NCBI RefSeq assembly: GCF_001194135.2 | Contig: NC_068984.1 | Span: 33,954,435 to 34,018,434 of the forward strand | Length of the DNA: 64,000 nucleotides | Direction of reading: 5' to 3' | From: Octopus bimaculoides | Lineage: Eukaryota | Shown: piece after piece, positions 37,466 to 51,632 of the stretch | Layout of the letters: each line of letters begins with the position of its first letter | Position numbering within the stretch: position 1 is the stretch's first letter | Notes under the pieces: model-generated | The model's database searches: none | Told to the model about the DNA's origin: nothing | Seen by the model: the letters and a program-made list of their open reading frames with translations, nothing else | Program-made: the position numbers and the translations under genes

Positions 37466-38804
37466 CTGATAATAATAATTCATTTAAGGTGGCAAGCTTC
37501 TAGAAATATTAGCACTCTATGCAAAATGTTTAGTGAAATTACATCTATCTTTACATTCCATGTTCAAATTACAACTAGGTCAATTCTGTAACTGACCAAC
37601 CTCTTCCACGAAATTGGTGGCCTTGTGCCAAAATATGAAACCATTATTAATAATTCACTCTAATTTTGAATATACAGCTGGTAATTTTGAAGTGAGAGCA
37701 ATTTATCAATACTAATGACCCCAGTTAACTAGTATTTTATTTTATGAATCATGAAGTATAAAAGGAAAAGTAAACTTTGGTGAGATTTTAGTGATACAAC
37801 AAATATTGTGTGGAATTTTCTCCCAAATTGCAATATTGATTTTTAACATAGGGAACAGGTTCGAATACTAGAGAAGGACTATGATGAATTATTTCAGCCC
37901 TAGTATTTGAGTGGTTTTATTCTACTGAACCCAGAAAGATAAATTATGAAGGTGACATGATACAGCATGGGAACTCAGAAAATAAAACAATTTTCTATAA
38001 ACAACTTACAAGTTCTCAAAGAGCAGGAGCAGAGGTGTAAGAAATATTACATTGGAACAAATTACATTTTAATGAGAATTAAGTAAAATACTTAATGGTG
38101 GTGGTGGTGGTGGTGGTGATAGTGGTGGTGGTGGTGGTGATAGTGATGGTGGTGGTGGTGATGATATTCTTTAAACTTAGGTCAGTTCTGATCATGAAGA
38201 CCTATGATCAAAGTATTTCAGCCATGACCATCCCATCTTATTTTAAAACACTATATCCAAAACTACATTATGCAATATATCCGAGTTTTTAAGATGAAAG
38301 AGTGTAGCATAAGATTTTGACTGCATTTTCTATATGACCAAGTGAACATGTAGAGACTTGCCATATCTGGAAGGAGTTTAATCCAGTGTACTACCATTTT
38401 CATAACTCTTCTACTCTCACGAGTGGATCAATAATGCATAATATTGTAGATAAGGATGTTTAGTATAATTCATTTTGATTGAAGCAATGAAGAGAAAAAC
38501 AGAATGCTCAAAAGTTGTCACTATAGAGAATCCTATCTCTGTGTGGTGAGCATGTCAAAGACAATTCCTAAATATGAATGATTGGTTGCTGTAAACAGAA
38601 GAGACTACGTGGTAGTAACTAACGTAAAAGCCCAATCTGGATCATCAGTGAATATGATGATAGACTCAAATGCCCAGAGTACTCACACAGTTATTTACTG
38701 CAACTTTATTCTATCTTAATATTCTAAGTAATCATTCAGTAGTATAATTAAAGGTAGCAATTTGAGAATACTCGAATGGTGGAAACTTGGTTTCCTTTCC
38801 GCAG

Positions 38805-38838
38805 TCAGTTGTCAAATTACAGTATAAGTTATAAAGAT
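38805..38838 (+). CDS. candidate micro-exon (QLSNYSISYKD)
   Basis: Acceptor ggtttcctttccgcag, donor GAT|gtaagt; phase-compatible with 40893. Confidence 0.35.
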
Positions 38839-39091
38839 GTAAGTGTGAGTGAGAATTGAAATTATTAAATATTAACATGATAATAGAAAGAAGACTTGAT
38901 AACCCAATAACATCTACGAATGAACTGACTTGAAAAGCTGCATAACTCGTAGAAATATTGAAAAATTATACATTAAAATGATTAAGATGAGATATATATG
39001 CATACGCGCATGCGCACGTGTGGAAATGTATACATATGTATATGTGTGTGTGCATATATATATATACATATGTATGTGTGTTTGTAAATAT

Positions 39092-39146
<55 letters not shown>

Positions 39147-40423
39147 CATACATGTGTGTGTATGTGTGTGCGTACATGTGCGTATGAATATGTATATATG
39201 CTATTATTTCATAACAGTATCGAATTATAGATAAGCTCAGTATATAATAGGATTTCAAGTGCATATATTATTAAAGTGTTGCCTCTCAAAAATATGCATG
39301 ATATGACAGAATATTATGGCATGATTTTTCAATATTTACAATATTCAGCAGTATGATGCTTCATGTAAAATATTGGATATATAACTAATTCGATAAAATA
39401 AAAATTTACAAAAATCAGGTTCAAATTTGATTGAAATTTTGAAATTTAATTACTATCAATAACAAAAGGTTTTTGTGAAGCACAAATAATACAAATTGTT
39501 ATTATTCTTCAATAAAAGGGATATATTGTAGTAAATAATATAAAACGAAGATTAAATTGATGAATATATTTATTTAACTTATTTAGTTTTATTCTTGTTT
39601 ATGTCATTCATTATGAATATAGCTATAATTAGCTTTAGATGTTTTGTTAACGTTCTCAATTTAACCAAATATTTTAGTTGCTAACTCATTATGAATGATT
39701 ATTCCTTTATTTAGAGATTAATGGAAAGTAGAACATTGATGGACCTAAACAAAATATATAAAACAAACTAAATTAAAATGAAATAAAATTCCATTAATCC
39801 AAAATGGAATTTTCTTTAATATTTATTTTATCATTTTAGATTGTTAAGTAGAATACTTAAAAGAAATAGAAATGAGGAAAAATAAAAATTAATTTTAAGG
39901 AATACATAATAGTATTGTGCTTTGCAGAATATTAAGATTTGACAATTCCGCAAAACAACAAAGTCCATGTTGAACATGCCATGATTTTTATATTTCTGAT
40001 ACTGGATTAATATCACCCTGTTGTCAGTAGGTCGCACATATTTAATATCTCAATTCACTTTCTGCTTGCACAATCAAATGTAGATCAGATGTCTGAATTA
40101 AGTCCAGATGATCATCAGAGAACAGCTATCTAAATATTTGTGGATGACCAACACACTTTTGTAAAAAAAGAAGTGTTCAAAAATTGTGTTGTGTATTATG
40201 AGGTGATTAATGCGATTAATAGTAAACTAACTAAATATCATATTCTTAAATGACAGTATACTTTAAGTCATAAATAGCACAAACATTATGAAAAATTTGG
40301 AAATATTTTAGAAATATGTTGGTTATAGGAAAATGCTAGTTTGATCTACAAAAGAGTATTCAACAAGGATTTTGTGCATATATATGCATAAATCTCTCTC
40401 TCTCTCTCTCTCTNNNNNNNNNN

Positions 40424-40463
<40 letters not shown>

Positions 40464-40665
40464 CCTTTGCTATGTATTTGGTGTCAGTGGAATTTTGAAC
40501 CCACTTCTAACAACACCACATGACCTGCGTTGATAAATAGTAACTAAGTTTCCAATAGCTACCCTGACTTACTGCACCTCTCCATTCAGCTATCTGAGTG
40601 CAAGCTAGGTTTCAGTAAAAGGCCTATGAAACTTTAAGTTACAGGGGGTGAATCAAACTATTTTA

Positions 40666-40822
40666 AATTGGCGTTAGGAAGGGCATCCAGCTGTAGAAAC
40701 TCTGCCAAATCAGACTGGAGCCTGGTGTTGCCATCCGGTTTCACCAGTCCTCAGTCAAATCGTCCAACCCATGCTAGCATGGAAAGCGGACGTTAAACGA
40801 TGATGATGATGATGATGATGAT
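40666..40822 (+). mobile_element. young family C 3' end
   Basis: 'ttggcgttaggaagggcatccagctgtagaaac..ggacgttaaacgatgatg'. Confidence 0.9.
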
Positions 40823-40892
40823 ATATATATATATTAACTATGGCTAGTTTAGTTCATTATTTTTCTTCTTGTTTTGCCTATGTGAGTTGCAG

Positions 40893-40945
40893 GTAATTGC
40901 TATCTGTTGGAGTTTCAGCATTTTAGCTGCTATTTCTGAACTTCG
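40893..40945 (+). CDS. candidate exon (VIAICWSFSILAAISEL-R)
   Basis: Acceptor ttttcttcttgttttgcctatgtgagttgcag, donor TCG|gtatgt; phase 0 to 2. Confidence 0.4.
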
Positions 40946-41346
40946 GTATGTGGTGAAGCAACCTGTTGCTGATCCTTTNNNNNNNNNNNNNNNNNNNNNN
41001 NNNNNNNNNNNNNNNNNNNNNNNNNNNNNNNNNNNNNNNNNNNNNNNNNNNNNNNNNNNNNNNNNNNNNNNNNNNNNNNNNNNNNNNNNNNNNNNNNNNN
41101 NNNNNNNNNNNNNNNNNNNNNNNNNNNNNNNNNNNNNNNNNNNNNNNNNNNNNNNNNNNNNNNNNNNNNNNNNNNNNNNNNNNNNNNNNNNNNNNNNNNN
41201 NNNNNNNNNNNNNNNNNNNNNNNNNNNNNNNNNNNNNNNNNNNNNNNNNNNNNNNNNNNNNNNNNNNNNNNNNNNNNNNNNNNNNNNNNNNNNNNNNNNN
41301 NNNNNNNNNNNNNNNNNNNNNNNNNNNNNNNNNNNNNNNNNNNNNN

Positions 41347-41394
<48 letters not shown>

Positions 41395-41396
<2 letters not shown>

Positions 41397-41545
41397 GACG
41401 GGCTTCTTTCCAAATCCGCTCACAAAGCTTTGGTTAGCCTGAGGCTATAGAAGAAGGCACTTGCCCAAGGTGCCACACAGTCGGACTGAATCCAGAACCA
41501 TGTGGCCTGGAAAGCAAGCTACTTGCCACACAACTACGCCTGTCT
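41395..41545 (-). mobile_element. SINE-A head
   Basis: 'gacgggcttcttt..caaatccgctcacaaagctttgg..cttgcccaaggtgccacacag..aagctacttgccacac'. Confidence 0.8.
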
Positions 41546-42169
41546 TCGTCATCTAAATTAATAGATGATTTAGTAATTCGCTAATATGTATGCATAAAAT
41601 TAATATAAACAATGTTTCACAAAAAGAATTATAATTGTCACTAAATGTGACCAGGGTATTAAAAACACCTACGTTGCTAGAAATAAGAGCTAAAATACAC
41701 TAATGCTGTATATCAAGTTCAATTATCAACCAAGTTATCAATCTAGACTTTCGTGGTACCACTTGATAATGTATTAGCAATATTAACTATTACTTTTACA
41801 TCCTCTAATTGATCATAGTTGTTGTGACAGACAACATTATGTGTGTTGTTTAATGTAGAATGAACTGTGAAACAGCAACTATCCTATATGGCTCTGAACA
41901 AGATCAGAGCTTAGAAAATAGTGCAAGAGTGCCTTGCTTATGAGACAGTTATAAAGGAATGAAGAAACTAGAGTATTTTTCTCTTGCTTTCTCCATGCTT
42001 ACACAACAAGTTGAACTGCATGCCAGGAAATATTTGACCCTTGCTTCAACTTCCCAACGAAGGAGCCACGGCACATTTGCTTGACCTGCTAGAAGCAGTA
42101 ATCATATTCCCTCAAAAATCACTTCTTTTAATGAAGAACTGAAAGTATCTATGAAGTCTCAAGGACATA

Positions 42170-42420
42170 TTCTCTTTACTCTTTTACTCTTTTACTTGTT
42201 TCAGTCATTCGACTGCAGCCATGCTGGAGCACCGCCTTTAGTCGAGCAAATCAACCCCAGGNNNNNNNNNNTCAGTTTCCGTCTTCCAAATCCACTCACA
42301 AGGCTTTGGTCAGCCCGAGGCCATAGTAGAAGACACTTGCCCAAGTTGCCATGCAGTGAGACTGAACCAGGAACCATGTGGTTTGTAAGCAAGCTACTTA
42401 CCACACAGCCACTCCTATGC
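42170..42420 (-). mobile_element. SINE-A spanning a 10-N gap
   Basis: Tail and head segments lie on either side of the gap at 42262-42271. Confidence 0.85.
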
Positions 42421-42442
42421 CTACATAATCACAAAAAATAAT

Positions 42443-42507
<65 letters not shown>

Positions 42508-43171
42508 GAGAATGTGTTTTGATAAAGGAAATTCTCAGCAAGATGGTCTGTTGATCAGCAGACATTAGTCCTATAGTCTGACAAAGTGACCAGCTACAAA
42601 TCTACCATTAACTAAAACTAAGAACAGCATCCACCTTTACTTTTAAACCAATGGAGAAAAAGACCATATCTAGAAGTGACTTCTGTTACATACAAACATT
42701 AATTTGCTAGAAGCTATTTCATAGCTTCTGACCAGTAAGGTAATCTCCTTTTGCACATTAAGATGTATATGTCATGCATGGGTCAGATATGTGATGTCAT
42801 GAAAGCAATTAAAGCAGAGGATCCTACTGTCTAGATGATTGATAGATATTTATGTATGCATATGTATATATATATATATATGTATATATATATACATATA
42901 TGTATGTATATATATATATATATATATATANNNNNNNNNNNNNNNNNNNNNNNNNNNNNNNNNNNNNNNNNNNNNNNNNNNNNNNNNNNNNNNNNNNNNN
43001 NNACATTAATTTGCTAGAAGCTATTTCATAGCTTCTGACCAGTAAGGTAATCTCCTTTTGCACATTAAGATGTATATGTCATGCATGGGTCAGATATGTG
43101 ATGTCATGAAAGCAATTAAAGCAGAGGATCCTACTGTCTAGATGATTGATAGATATTTATGTATGCATATG

Positions 43172-43204
<33 letters not shown>

Positions 43205-44099
43205 GTATGTATATATACATATATATATGGGTGTGCGTGTGTAGATGGAGAGAGAGAAATACACACTTATTACACACACACACACACACACATATAAGTC
43301 TGGGAGCTGGGGATAATGACATAAATTTGATGGATGGATAAATGGATGATTGGTTGGATAAATGGATGAAAAGAAATATGGTTGTGTGGATATAAAGTAG
43401 TTCAAGTTATATAATAAGTTGAGGAAGAAATTAATGGCTCGCACAGAGATATTTACTGAAGAGAGACTGCGAAGTGTGCAAGAACTTTGTACATAACTGA
43501 ATTTTGAAACTACTGAAATTTAAAGTGCCGAAGCCTGGCTATGCAGTTAAGATGTTTGTGCAACAACAATATGGTTCTGGGGTCAACACTAGTGAGTGGA
43601 ACCTTAAGCAAGTTTCTTCTTTTTAAGTGTGGGTTAATCAGTGCCCTGTGAATGAAATTTGGTAGATGGAAAATTTATAGAAATATTACAGACAATGCTA
43701 TGCTTATATGTATGTAAATGTGTGTTTGTGTATTCCCATAAAGTGCTCTTTTGAGTTTTATTCTGTTATGCCAATGGATGACTTAGCCATGCACTAAATA
43801 GAAATCAATAAAAGAATTAGCAAAATACCGTTGATGCTTTACTCAAATGAAGCTCTGGGAAGCTGTATGAAGCCTAAAACAACATCGGAATTGGAAAATG
43901 AAGGGATAAGCTTGCATGAGTGTGAGAGGAAAATGACAGATGATTGGAGATGGGGGTAGAGGTGAATGTATTGAATAGTGAACAATAGTGGGAGTGTGGT
44001 CAATGGTAGATATAAGATTGGAGGAGAAGGTGATAAGAAATGTAAATGGTGCAGTAGTAGGAGGCAATAAGTGGCAGAACAGAAAGGGCGTAGAATAGC

Positions 44100-44350
44100 A
44101 GAATATGTGTGTGTGTGTGTGTGTGTGTGTGCGTCTGTGTGTATTTATATATGTGTGTGTTTGTCCCCCCCTACATCGCTTGATAACTGATGCTGGCATG
44201 TTTATGTCCCTATAACTTAGTGGTTCGGCAAAAGAGACTGATGGAATAAATACTAGGTTTACAAAGAATAAGTCCTGGGGTCGATTTGCTTGACTAAAGG
44301 CGGTGCTCCAGCATGGCTGCAGTCAAATAGCTGAAATAAATAAAGGAATA
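44100..44350 (+). mobile_element. SINE-A 3' half
   Basis: (TG)n then 'catcgcttgataactgatgctgg..agtcctggggtcgatttgcttgactaaaggcggtgctccagc'. Confidence 0.85.
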
Positions 44351-44443
44351 AAAGAATATATATATATATATTTCAAATGTACAGATATATGAAAATAACT
44401 GGCACACCATCAAGCAAATGCCCAAACCACTAAACCCTGTGCC

Positions 44444-44476
<33 letters not shown>

Positions 44477-44489
44477 CCCACTACACACT

Positions 44490-44640
44490 TGGAGTGGTTG
44501 GTATTAGGAAGGCACCCAGCTGTAGAAACATTGCCAGATCAGATTGGAGCCTGGTGCAGGAGCTGTCTCTCCAGACCTCAGTCAAACCATCCAACTCATG
44601 CCATGAAAAACAGATGTTAAACTATGATCATCATCATCAT
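44490..44640 (+). mobile_element. family C 3' end
   Basis: 'gagtggttggtattaggaaggcacccagctgtagaaac..cagtcaaaccatccaac'. Confidence 0.75.
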
Positions 44641-46284
44641 TATATTACATTACATACAAACACCCCCTCATATATATATATATATANNNNNNNNNNNNNN
44701 NNNNNNNNNNNNNNNNNNNNNNNNNNNNNNNNNNNNNNNNNNNNNNNNNNNNNNNNNNNNNNNNNNNNNNNNNNNNNNNNNNNNNNNNNNNNNNNNNNNN
44801 NNNNNNNNNNNNNNNNNNNNNNNNNNNNNNNNNNNNNNNNNNNNNNNNNNNNNNNNNTCATCATTATATTACATTACATACAAACACCCCCTCATATATA
44901 TATATATATATGCACACACACAAACATATTACATACCATATTTTATTTTGTTATACTATTTTATATTATGTTGATTGAATATAGAAAATGCAGTTGGTAT
45001 TTTTATGCTTTACATAAAGAAGCACATTTCTGCAAGCCAAATGATCTTTTGCTTAACCCCTTGACGTATTCGCTTGGTATTATCAGCAAAATATACAATG
45101 CAATATTTGTTACATGTCCTTATGTATCCCAGCCATACATATTGTAGGTAAGCAAGTTTGTGTAGCTGAATAGAGTGAGATACCAGTGTAAGATAATTGT
45201 ATGGTGCTAAGAGAGTAGGTATAAAGCAGACGAGATAAAGGCTGTGATGGAGAATGGAAAGAAAAATAGGAGAGTGTATATGATCATGCATACATGTGTG
45301 TGTGTATGTGTGCACATGTACTTATGTGTGTGTGTTCATATTTCCTGACAATACATGTATGGATGCCTGTGCTAGTATGCGGAACTATCAGTAAGTGTGA
45401 CTATATATATATAGGTATGCGTGCATGAATAGATGTGTGTATGTGTGAGCATGCCCATGTAAACGACCAGACAACCTGTGAATGACACTGATTTACAGAG
45501 CTATTTACAAACACACTGGCTGAAGGCTATCAAATATACTGGCCAAGGACTATGTCTGCCAAATTATTAATTTGACCCAAATACCATAAAAACGTCAAGA
45601 AGGAAAAAATATATGGTCTAGCTTTCATATTTTGATATATGCCAGTGGCTGTTGGTACTGATTTTGTAATTATTTTGTTATTATTACTACACCAACCAAA
45701 TGCTCGCCAATTATTTTCTTCCTTACTCTGTCTATAGATGTGAATTGTGCTTGGAGAAGTGTCTGTATATCTGTATGTCCATCTCTGCCATTCTCTCTTC
45801 TCTATGACTACTCTCTAAGCACCTCCTATAATCTCACTCCTGTGTCACCTGTATTCTGCAATACCAACTTGCTTACAATTCACAAGTGTACCCAAAAAAT
45901 ACATGTTTACCTATAATATACATGCTTACTACAATATGCCTACTAGCCAGCAGTATGCATGGGATATATGAAGGCATGCAGTAAACATTGCGTTGCATTT
46001 TTTGCTAATAATACCAAGACAGTAAGCCAACTGGATTATGTAACATGCCAACTGGTTTGCTTGAATGGTAATGACAATCAGTGTAAAAAATTAACTAAGT
46101 TTTATGTGTTCTCAATCATATATAATGTTGTTCATATTTTGCACACTAACCAATGCAGAGATACAATGGCTGTTGTCAAACTGTTTGGAGTATAAGAGTA
46201 GAGTGTACAACTATTTACTAAGATCAAAACATTTGGTAAAGTATCATGCCTTCCAGCATACTTTATACATTGCACATACATACA

Positions 46285-46354
<70 letters not shown>

Positions 46355-46359
<5 letters not shown>

Positions 46360-46520
46360 GAAATTTACAGAAAAACGAACGATGAAGACAGGTGTATAAA
46401 CAACAAGCTGGTGTATTAGTTTAACACTCAGGAAGGTGAGAAAGTCTTTTATGTTTTGAGCCTATGCTCTTCAACAGAAAGGAACATGAGGAAATAAACA
46501 TAAAGAGAATAAAAAAAAAC
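46355..46520 (-). mobile_element. (TA)n-terminated PLE-type repeat with minimal hammerhead (46446-46481)
   Basis: Minus strand: CTTT-CTGTTGA-agagc(atag)gctc-AAAACATA-AAAG; two CpG-type changes separate it from GAAACGTA; ends in a (TA)n array. Confidence 0.55.
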
Positions 46521-46645
46521 GTTGGGAGCTAGCGATCAATCTTTGTTCATATATATACTTGTAAATTGAGGAAATAATCATTAACATGATTATATCAGTG
46601 GCTAGCATGTAAAAAACGACCATAACAGTAAAATTAATTTTTAAG

Positions 46646-46892
46646 TATATAATTATAAAAATATAATTATAATTAAGGGTACTGGAATTTCAGCGCCATT
46701 ACACTAGAAGTAGATGTCCAATACCTACAATCCTCTCTAAACTTGTTCTTTATTTATAACCCAAGGTCAAATGTAAGTAAATGAGCAAGAAGAATTTACA
46801 ATATAAATACAGAACAAATTTAGAGTGGATTGTAGATATTTAACATCTACTTCAAGTGCCCTTAATTATAATTATATTTTTATAATTATATA
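46646..46892. mobile_element. fold-back/MITE-like element with long inverted arms
   Basis: Perfect 34-bp outer inverted repeat ending TTAAGGG/CCCTTAA, then about 55 bp of imperfect inner arms. Confidence 0.75.
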
Positions 46893-46895
46893 TGT

Positions 46896-46936
<41 letters not shown>

Positions 46937-46959
46937 TATGCATGTGTGTGTATATATAT

Positions 46960-47116
46960 GTGCAGGAGTGGCTGTGTGCTAAGTAGCATGCTTACCAACC
47001 ACATGGTTCCAGGTTCATTCCCATTGCATGGCAACTTAGGCAAGTTCTACTATAGCCTTGGGTCAACCAAAGCCTTGTGAGTGGATTTGGTAGACAGAAA
47101 CTGAAAGAAGCCCGTC

Positions 47117-47164
<48 letters not shown>

Positions 47165-47345
47165 GTGTGTATATGTTTGTGTGTCTGCGTTTGTTACATC
47201 CTCGTAACTTAGCGGTTCAGCAAAAGAAACCAATAGAATAAGTGCTAGGCTTTCAAAGAATAAGTCCTGGGCTCAATTTGCTCGACTAAAGGCGGTGCTC
47301 CAACATGTCCACAGTCAAATGACTGAAACAAGTAAAAGAGTAAAG
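46960..47345 (+). mobile_element. SINE-A, full length
   Basis: Head, internal (TA)n/(TG)n array and 'gactgaaacaagtaaaagagtaaa' tail. Confidence 0.92.
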
Positions 47346-47348
47346 TGC

Positions 47349-47421
<73 letters not shown>

Positions 47422-49055
47422 CACGTAAATATCGAACAGTGAGAATGAGTGTTCAATACTGTATTGGTGGATAAAAATTCTGCATTAGTGCATTAAGGCT
47501 ACCATCGGTTTCATGATAAGGAAATTCTTCAAAACTTATTCAAATCAATCACATAGCAAAAATTGGTGTTTGTCTATATTTTGGATTTTAATGCTTCTTA
47601 TTAAAGTCAAAAAAGTCTTCAGAAACTGTTACTCAGAGTTTCACATTGTTGTTCCTGAGACAGTAATAGGTTGGACAGAATTTCATTAAGGCTGATTTTT
47701 ATAGCCAGATGCCATTCCTATTGCCAACCCTCATATATTTTCAACCAATGCCATATATATTTCTCCATAGCCTGATATGTTTCCATAGAAACTTTGAAAC
47801 AAATGATACATTGTTGACTACATTTTGTTTTCTAGCTGTAAAAGATGTTCATAGACTAGAGCCTGAGCCCCTTAGGACAAAAATAGCCTCTGAATAATGT
47901 ATTTCAATAATACAATATTATTACCAAGGTTTTCTCTGTAATAATACATTTGAATGGTTTCCCAACAGGGATGGGTGTTAAGAATGTTCTACTATTAATT
48001 ACTTGTTCCTGATCATTGAGATAACAATTGTATGTGAAATATGAATTGATAGGATAGAAGCTGACAATTAATTATATTATGTTTATATTACATTTGACAT
48101 TTAATAGATGACAACAGAATGTAATATATAATTTTAAGTGAATGACACACATTATAGCGGAGAAACAGTAAAATGAAAGAATTATAATACAAAGGTTGGT
48201 TAAAACATACAATTTGTATACAGAACCTTAAGGTAATATTTTAGTTATAAAGTCAATAAAATATGGGAGAATATTCTAGATTAATCTGGTATTAGAACAT
48301 TAAAATGAATACATACTGGAAATAATAAAGAAACAAAGAAACTAAGAGACATTTGGAATACTGTAATATTGAAATGAGAGGGAGAAATGGTGAGAAAAAG
48401 GAGGAGAGATAACAAAAGTAGAAGCAAAGAATAAAAGAGTTGGCTGAAATGGAATTGAAAGGCGATATGATGAGATAAAATGGCATATATTAAATAAAGG
48501 ATGGTGGGATGGTACTGCTAGTGGCTCGAAATCAATGTCTCAGATGCAAACTGAGAAAATGGCCAAACAGTGGAGATGGCTTACAAGAGTTTGTTTAGAT
48601 GACTCTATCAATATGGGTGTGTGTGAGAGTGTGTGTGAGAATGTGTGTGCTTCTGTGTGTGTATGTGTGTGTGAGAATGTGTGTTCTTTTGTGTGTATAT
48701 GTGTGAGTGCTTGTGCACACCCTTGTCTTAGCATCACACGATGGCCATAAATGTGTATCAGTGTAATACAAGTAAGGTTGCTCACTTCCAGTTCTCTGTG
48801 GAAAACATATACGGTCAGGGGAAATAATACCTTGCTTGAAAACAGGTGAGAACTGGTAAGAGGAAAGGCAGCCAGCTGTAGAAGATATACCTCAGCAAAA
48901 TCTGTCTGATCCATGCAAGTATGGAAAAGTGACTGTTAAATGATAATGAGGATGATGATAGTGATGATGATGACATGTACTCACACTCACATAAATAAGC
49001 AAACATATATACACTCACACATACATACATAGATACATACATACATATATACATA

Positions 49056-49909
49056 CAGGGTGCAGTGAATAAACTGTCATCTAAATTATGCAAAAAATGT
49101 AAGTAATACTAACATCTCATTTTAACAGATATATTTGCCAAAATTACATAAGAATATCTTGTAGTAATACTAAAGAGTAAACTTATTCAATAAACTCACC
49201 ATTGGCTTCAATCACAACCTCCAGACGACTCTGGAATCTCCTGCAACTGTTCTGGATGGTCTCCTCCTTTAATTTGGTAAATGCTGCCATAAACCTTATC
49301 TTCAGTTCATCCTTAGTGTTACAAGGAGTTTTGCTCATCTCTCACTCAAGGGGGTTGCAGTCTGGAGATTTAGATGGCCAGATAGATGTTAGGGCTGATG
49401 TAGGCATGGAAATTGTGTGACATCCATGTGTTCACCTACTTGTGTGGCATGGTGCAGTCCTGTTGCCAGACAGGGTGTTCCAGCACCTACCCTCTTGACC
49501 CAAGGCAGTACTACCTCCTCCAGGCACTTGATGTAGGCCTTTGTGTTAAGTCTGAGGCAGTGTGGAAAGATGACTGGAGGCATAACGTCGCCATCGCTAA
49601 CGATCACTCTAAACACCATGATGTTGACTGGATGTCAGTTCTCAGATTGCACTGTCCTCAGATTGACACCCAAACACTCTGAAATGTTCATATTGGAGCT
49701 TCCAGTACAAAAGCCAAGCAGTACAGCATGTCGTTTCCAAATTTCTGGTAGAGTGAATTGCATCATGGTGCTGTTTTTCTCACAGACAGTGCCCAACTGA
49801 CCCTATTATACTTTGCAGTCGACAAAATCAAAAACAAACAATGCACGTGCATGAAATTTAAAATAGAATTTAAAATATAAAATAGCAACAATTTACTCAT
49901 CGCACACTC
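49056..49909 (-). mobile_element. internally deleted IS630/Tc1/mariner (maT-like) DNA transposon
   Basis: TIR TA|CAGGGTGCAGTGAATAAACTG with a degenerate partner at 49889-49909; the minus strand encodes MMQFTLPEIWKRHAVLLG, MVFRVIVSDGDVMPP and IWPSKSPDCNPL. Confidence 0.85.
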
Positions 49910-50224
49910 TACATGCATACATATATACATATATATANNNNNNNNNNNNNNNNNNNNNNNNNNNNNNNNNNNNNNNNNNNNNNNNNNNNNNNNNNNNNNN
50001 NNNNNNNNNNNNNNNNNNNNNNNNNNNNNNNNNNNNNNNNNNNNNNNNNNNNNNNNNNNNNNNNNNNNNNNNNNNNNNNNNNNNNNNNNNNNNNNNNNNN
50101 NNNNNNNNNNNNNNNNNNNNNNNNNNNNNNNNNNNNNNNNNNNNNNNNNNNNNNNNNNNNNNNNNNNNNNNNNNNNNNNNNNNNNNNNNNNNNNATATAT
50201 ATATATATATATATACATAGATAT

Positions 50225-50480
50225 CCTCCCAGTTGAGGGTTTCTTTGTTTTACAAGGTACTTTGTGACCTTGTCATTGCTGGTACCACATAAAAAGCACT
50301 GATCCTGGTGCAACATGGAAAGTATTCAGCACTCTCTGTAAAGAGGTTGGCATTTGAAGAGCAACAAGTTGCAGACACCATGTGAAAACAGGCAATGGAG
50401 CTTGGTGCAATCCCTCGCCTTGCCAACTCCTCTGAAACAGATGCCAAGATGGAAAAGACACATTAAATGTTGATGATTAC
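50225..50480 (+). mobile_element. family C 3' end, decayed
   Basis: 'gctggtaccacataaaaagcac..gaggttggcatttgaagagc..gacacattaaatgttgatga'. Confidence 0.65.
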
Positions 50481-50537
50481 ATTTATATATATACATATAT
50501 ATATATATAAGCACACAGACAGTTAGACAGACAGACA

Positions 50538-50585
<48 letters not shown>

Positions 50586-50849
50586 CATTGATATACACCT
50601 TTGTATATATCAGTATATCAATTTCATAGTGTTGACAACAGTTTACACTAGAAGAATAGGAAATCAAAGTGTAGAGATGCAAAAGTAAATACTATAAAAC
50701 TGCTAATACAGAAATCATATATTCTAGTTACTCTACCATTCTAATAATTGCAATGATCTTGATTTCTAATATAAGTACATTTCAAATTTAGTGGGTGTGA
50801 GAATATTGTTGATTATGTCTCCCAAGGTTTTTCCTTTTTTTATATACAG

Positions 50850-50904
50850 CTTAGTCAGAAAAATGGCACATCTCAGAGCTTCTGTGACTGGTCAGATGAA
50901 GAAA
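50850..50904 (+). CDS. candidate exon (LVRKMAHLRASVTGQMKK; alternative frame LSQKNGTSQSFCDWSDEE)
   Basis: Textbook splice sites: tttttcctttttttatatacag and AAA|gtaagt. Confidence 0.5.
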
Positions 50905-51124
50905 GTAAGTAACTTTAGGCTGGAGACTGCTTGAAATGCTTGCAATATAATTCACTCCATTAAAGGCATGCACAGGCCAGATAGTGATGTGAAGATGACA
51001 GGTTAAGTCTATAACCTTATATTAAGAATTTCTATCTAAATTGCATGCAATAAGCTTGGGTCAACATGAAGCCATGACAATATTTGCCCAAAGTACCACA
51101 CATTTTACTAGGCTTAAACCAGTA

Positions 51125-51285
51125 ATCTGGCAGAACTGTTAGCAACGCTTACTGGCATTTCTTCTGGCATTTTGTGTTCAAATACCACCAAACTCAGCTT
51201 TGTTTTTCATCCTTTCGGGGTTCATAAAATAAAGTGACCTTCAACAACTGGGATTAATGTGACCTCTAAAAATTGCTAGTTTTGG
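51125..51285 (+). mobile_element. SINE-B, decayed
   Basis: 'ctggcagaactgttagca..tttcatcctttcggggttcataaaataaag'. Confidence 0.65.
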
Positions 51286-51632
51286 TGAAGCATTTTTTGC
51301 AAATTCTTTTCCCAGCCTTGGAAAGCAGGGATATAAAGTTGATTTTGGTGAATTTCAAGCTCATATTGTAAAGGTACGTAATTAATGAATGCAAGACATG
51401 TTACATAAGTCTCTAATCATTCTGCAATAAGGTTAAAGACACTGGAACATTAATTATATTCACCTAGAGTATTTCCAGAAATAAATTACAGAAAAAGTTT
51501 TATAAACCCAATGAAATGCATCATTGTAAATGAAATATACGCTAAATCAGAGTTCAGTTCACTTCAGCTACAAGTTAAAACTGTGTTTCTTTACATAACA
51601 GTTAAAATATTGTTTCTTTATTTCTTCTCCAG

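Noticed and set aside
42696-43190. Exact ~190-bp direct duplication
   Set aside because: The two copies flank a 72-N gap and are identical: a scaffold overlap artefact. The same applies to 29675-29900 and 44638-44910.
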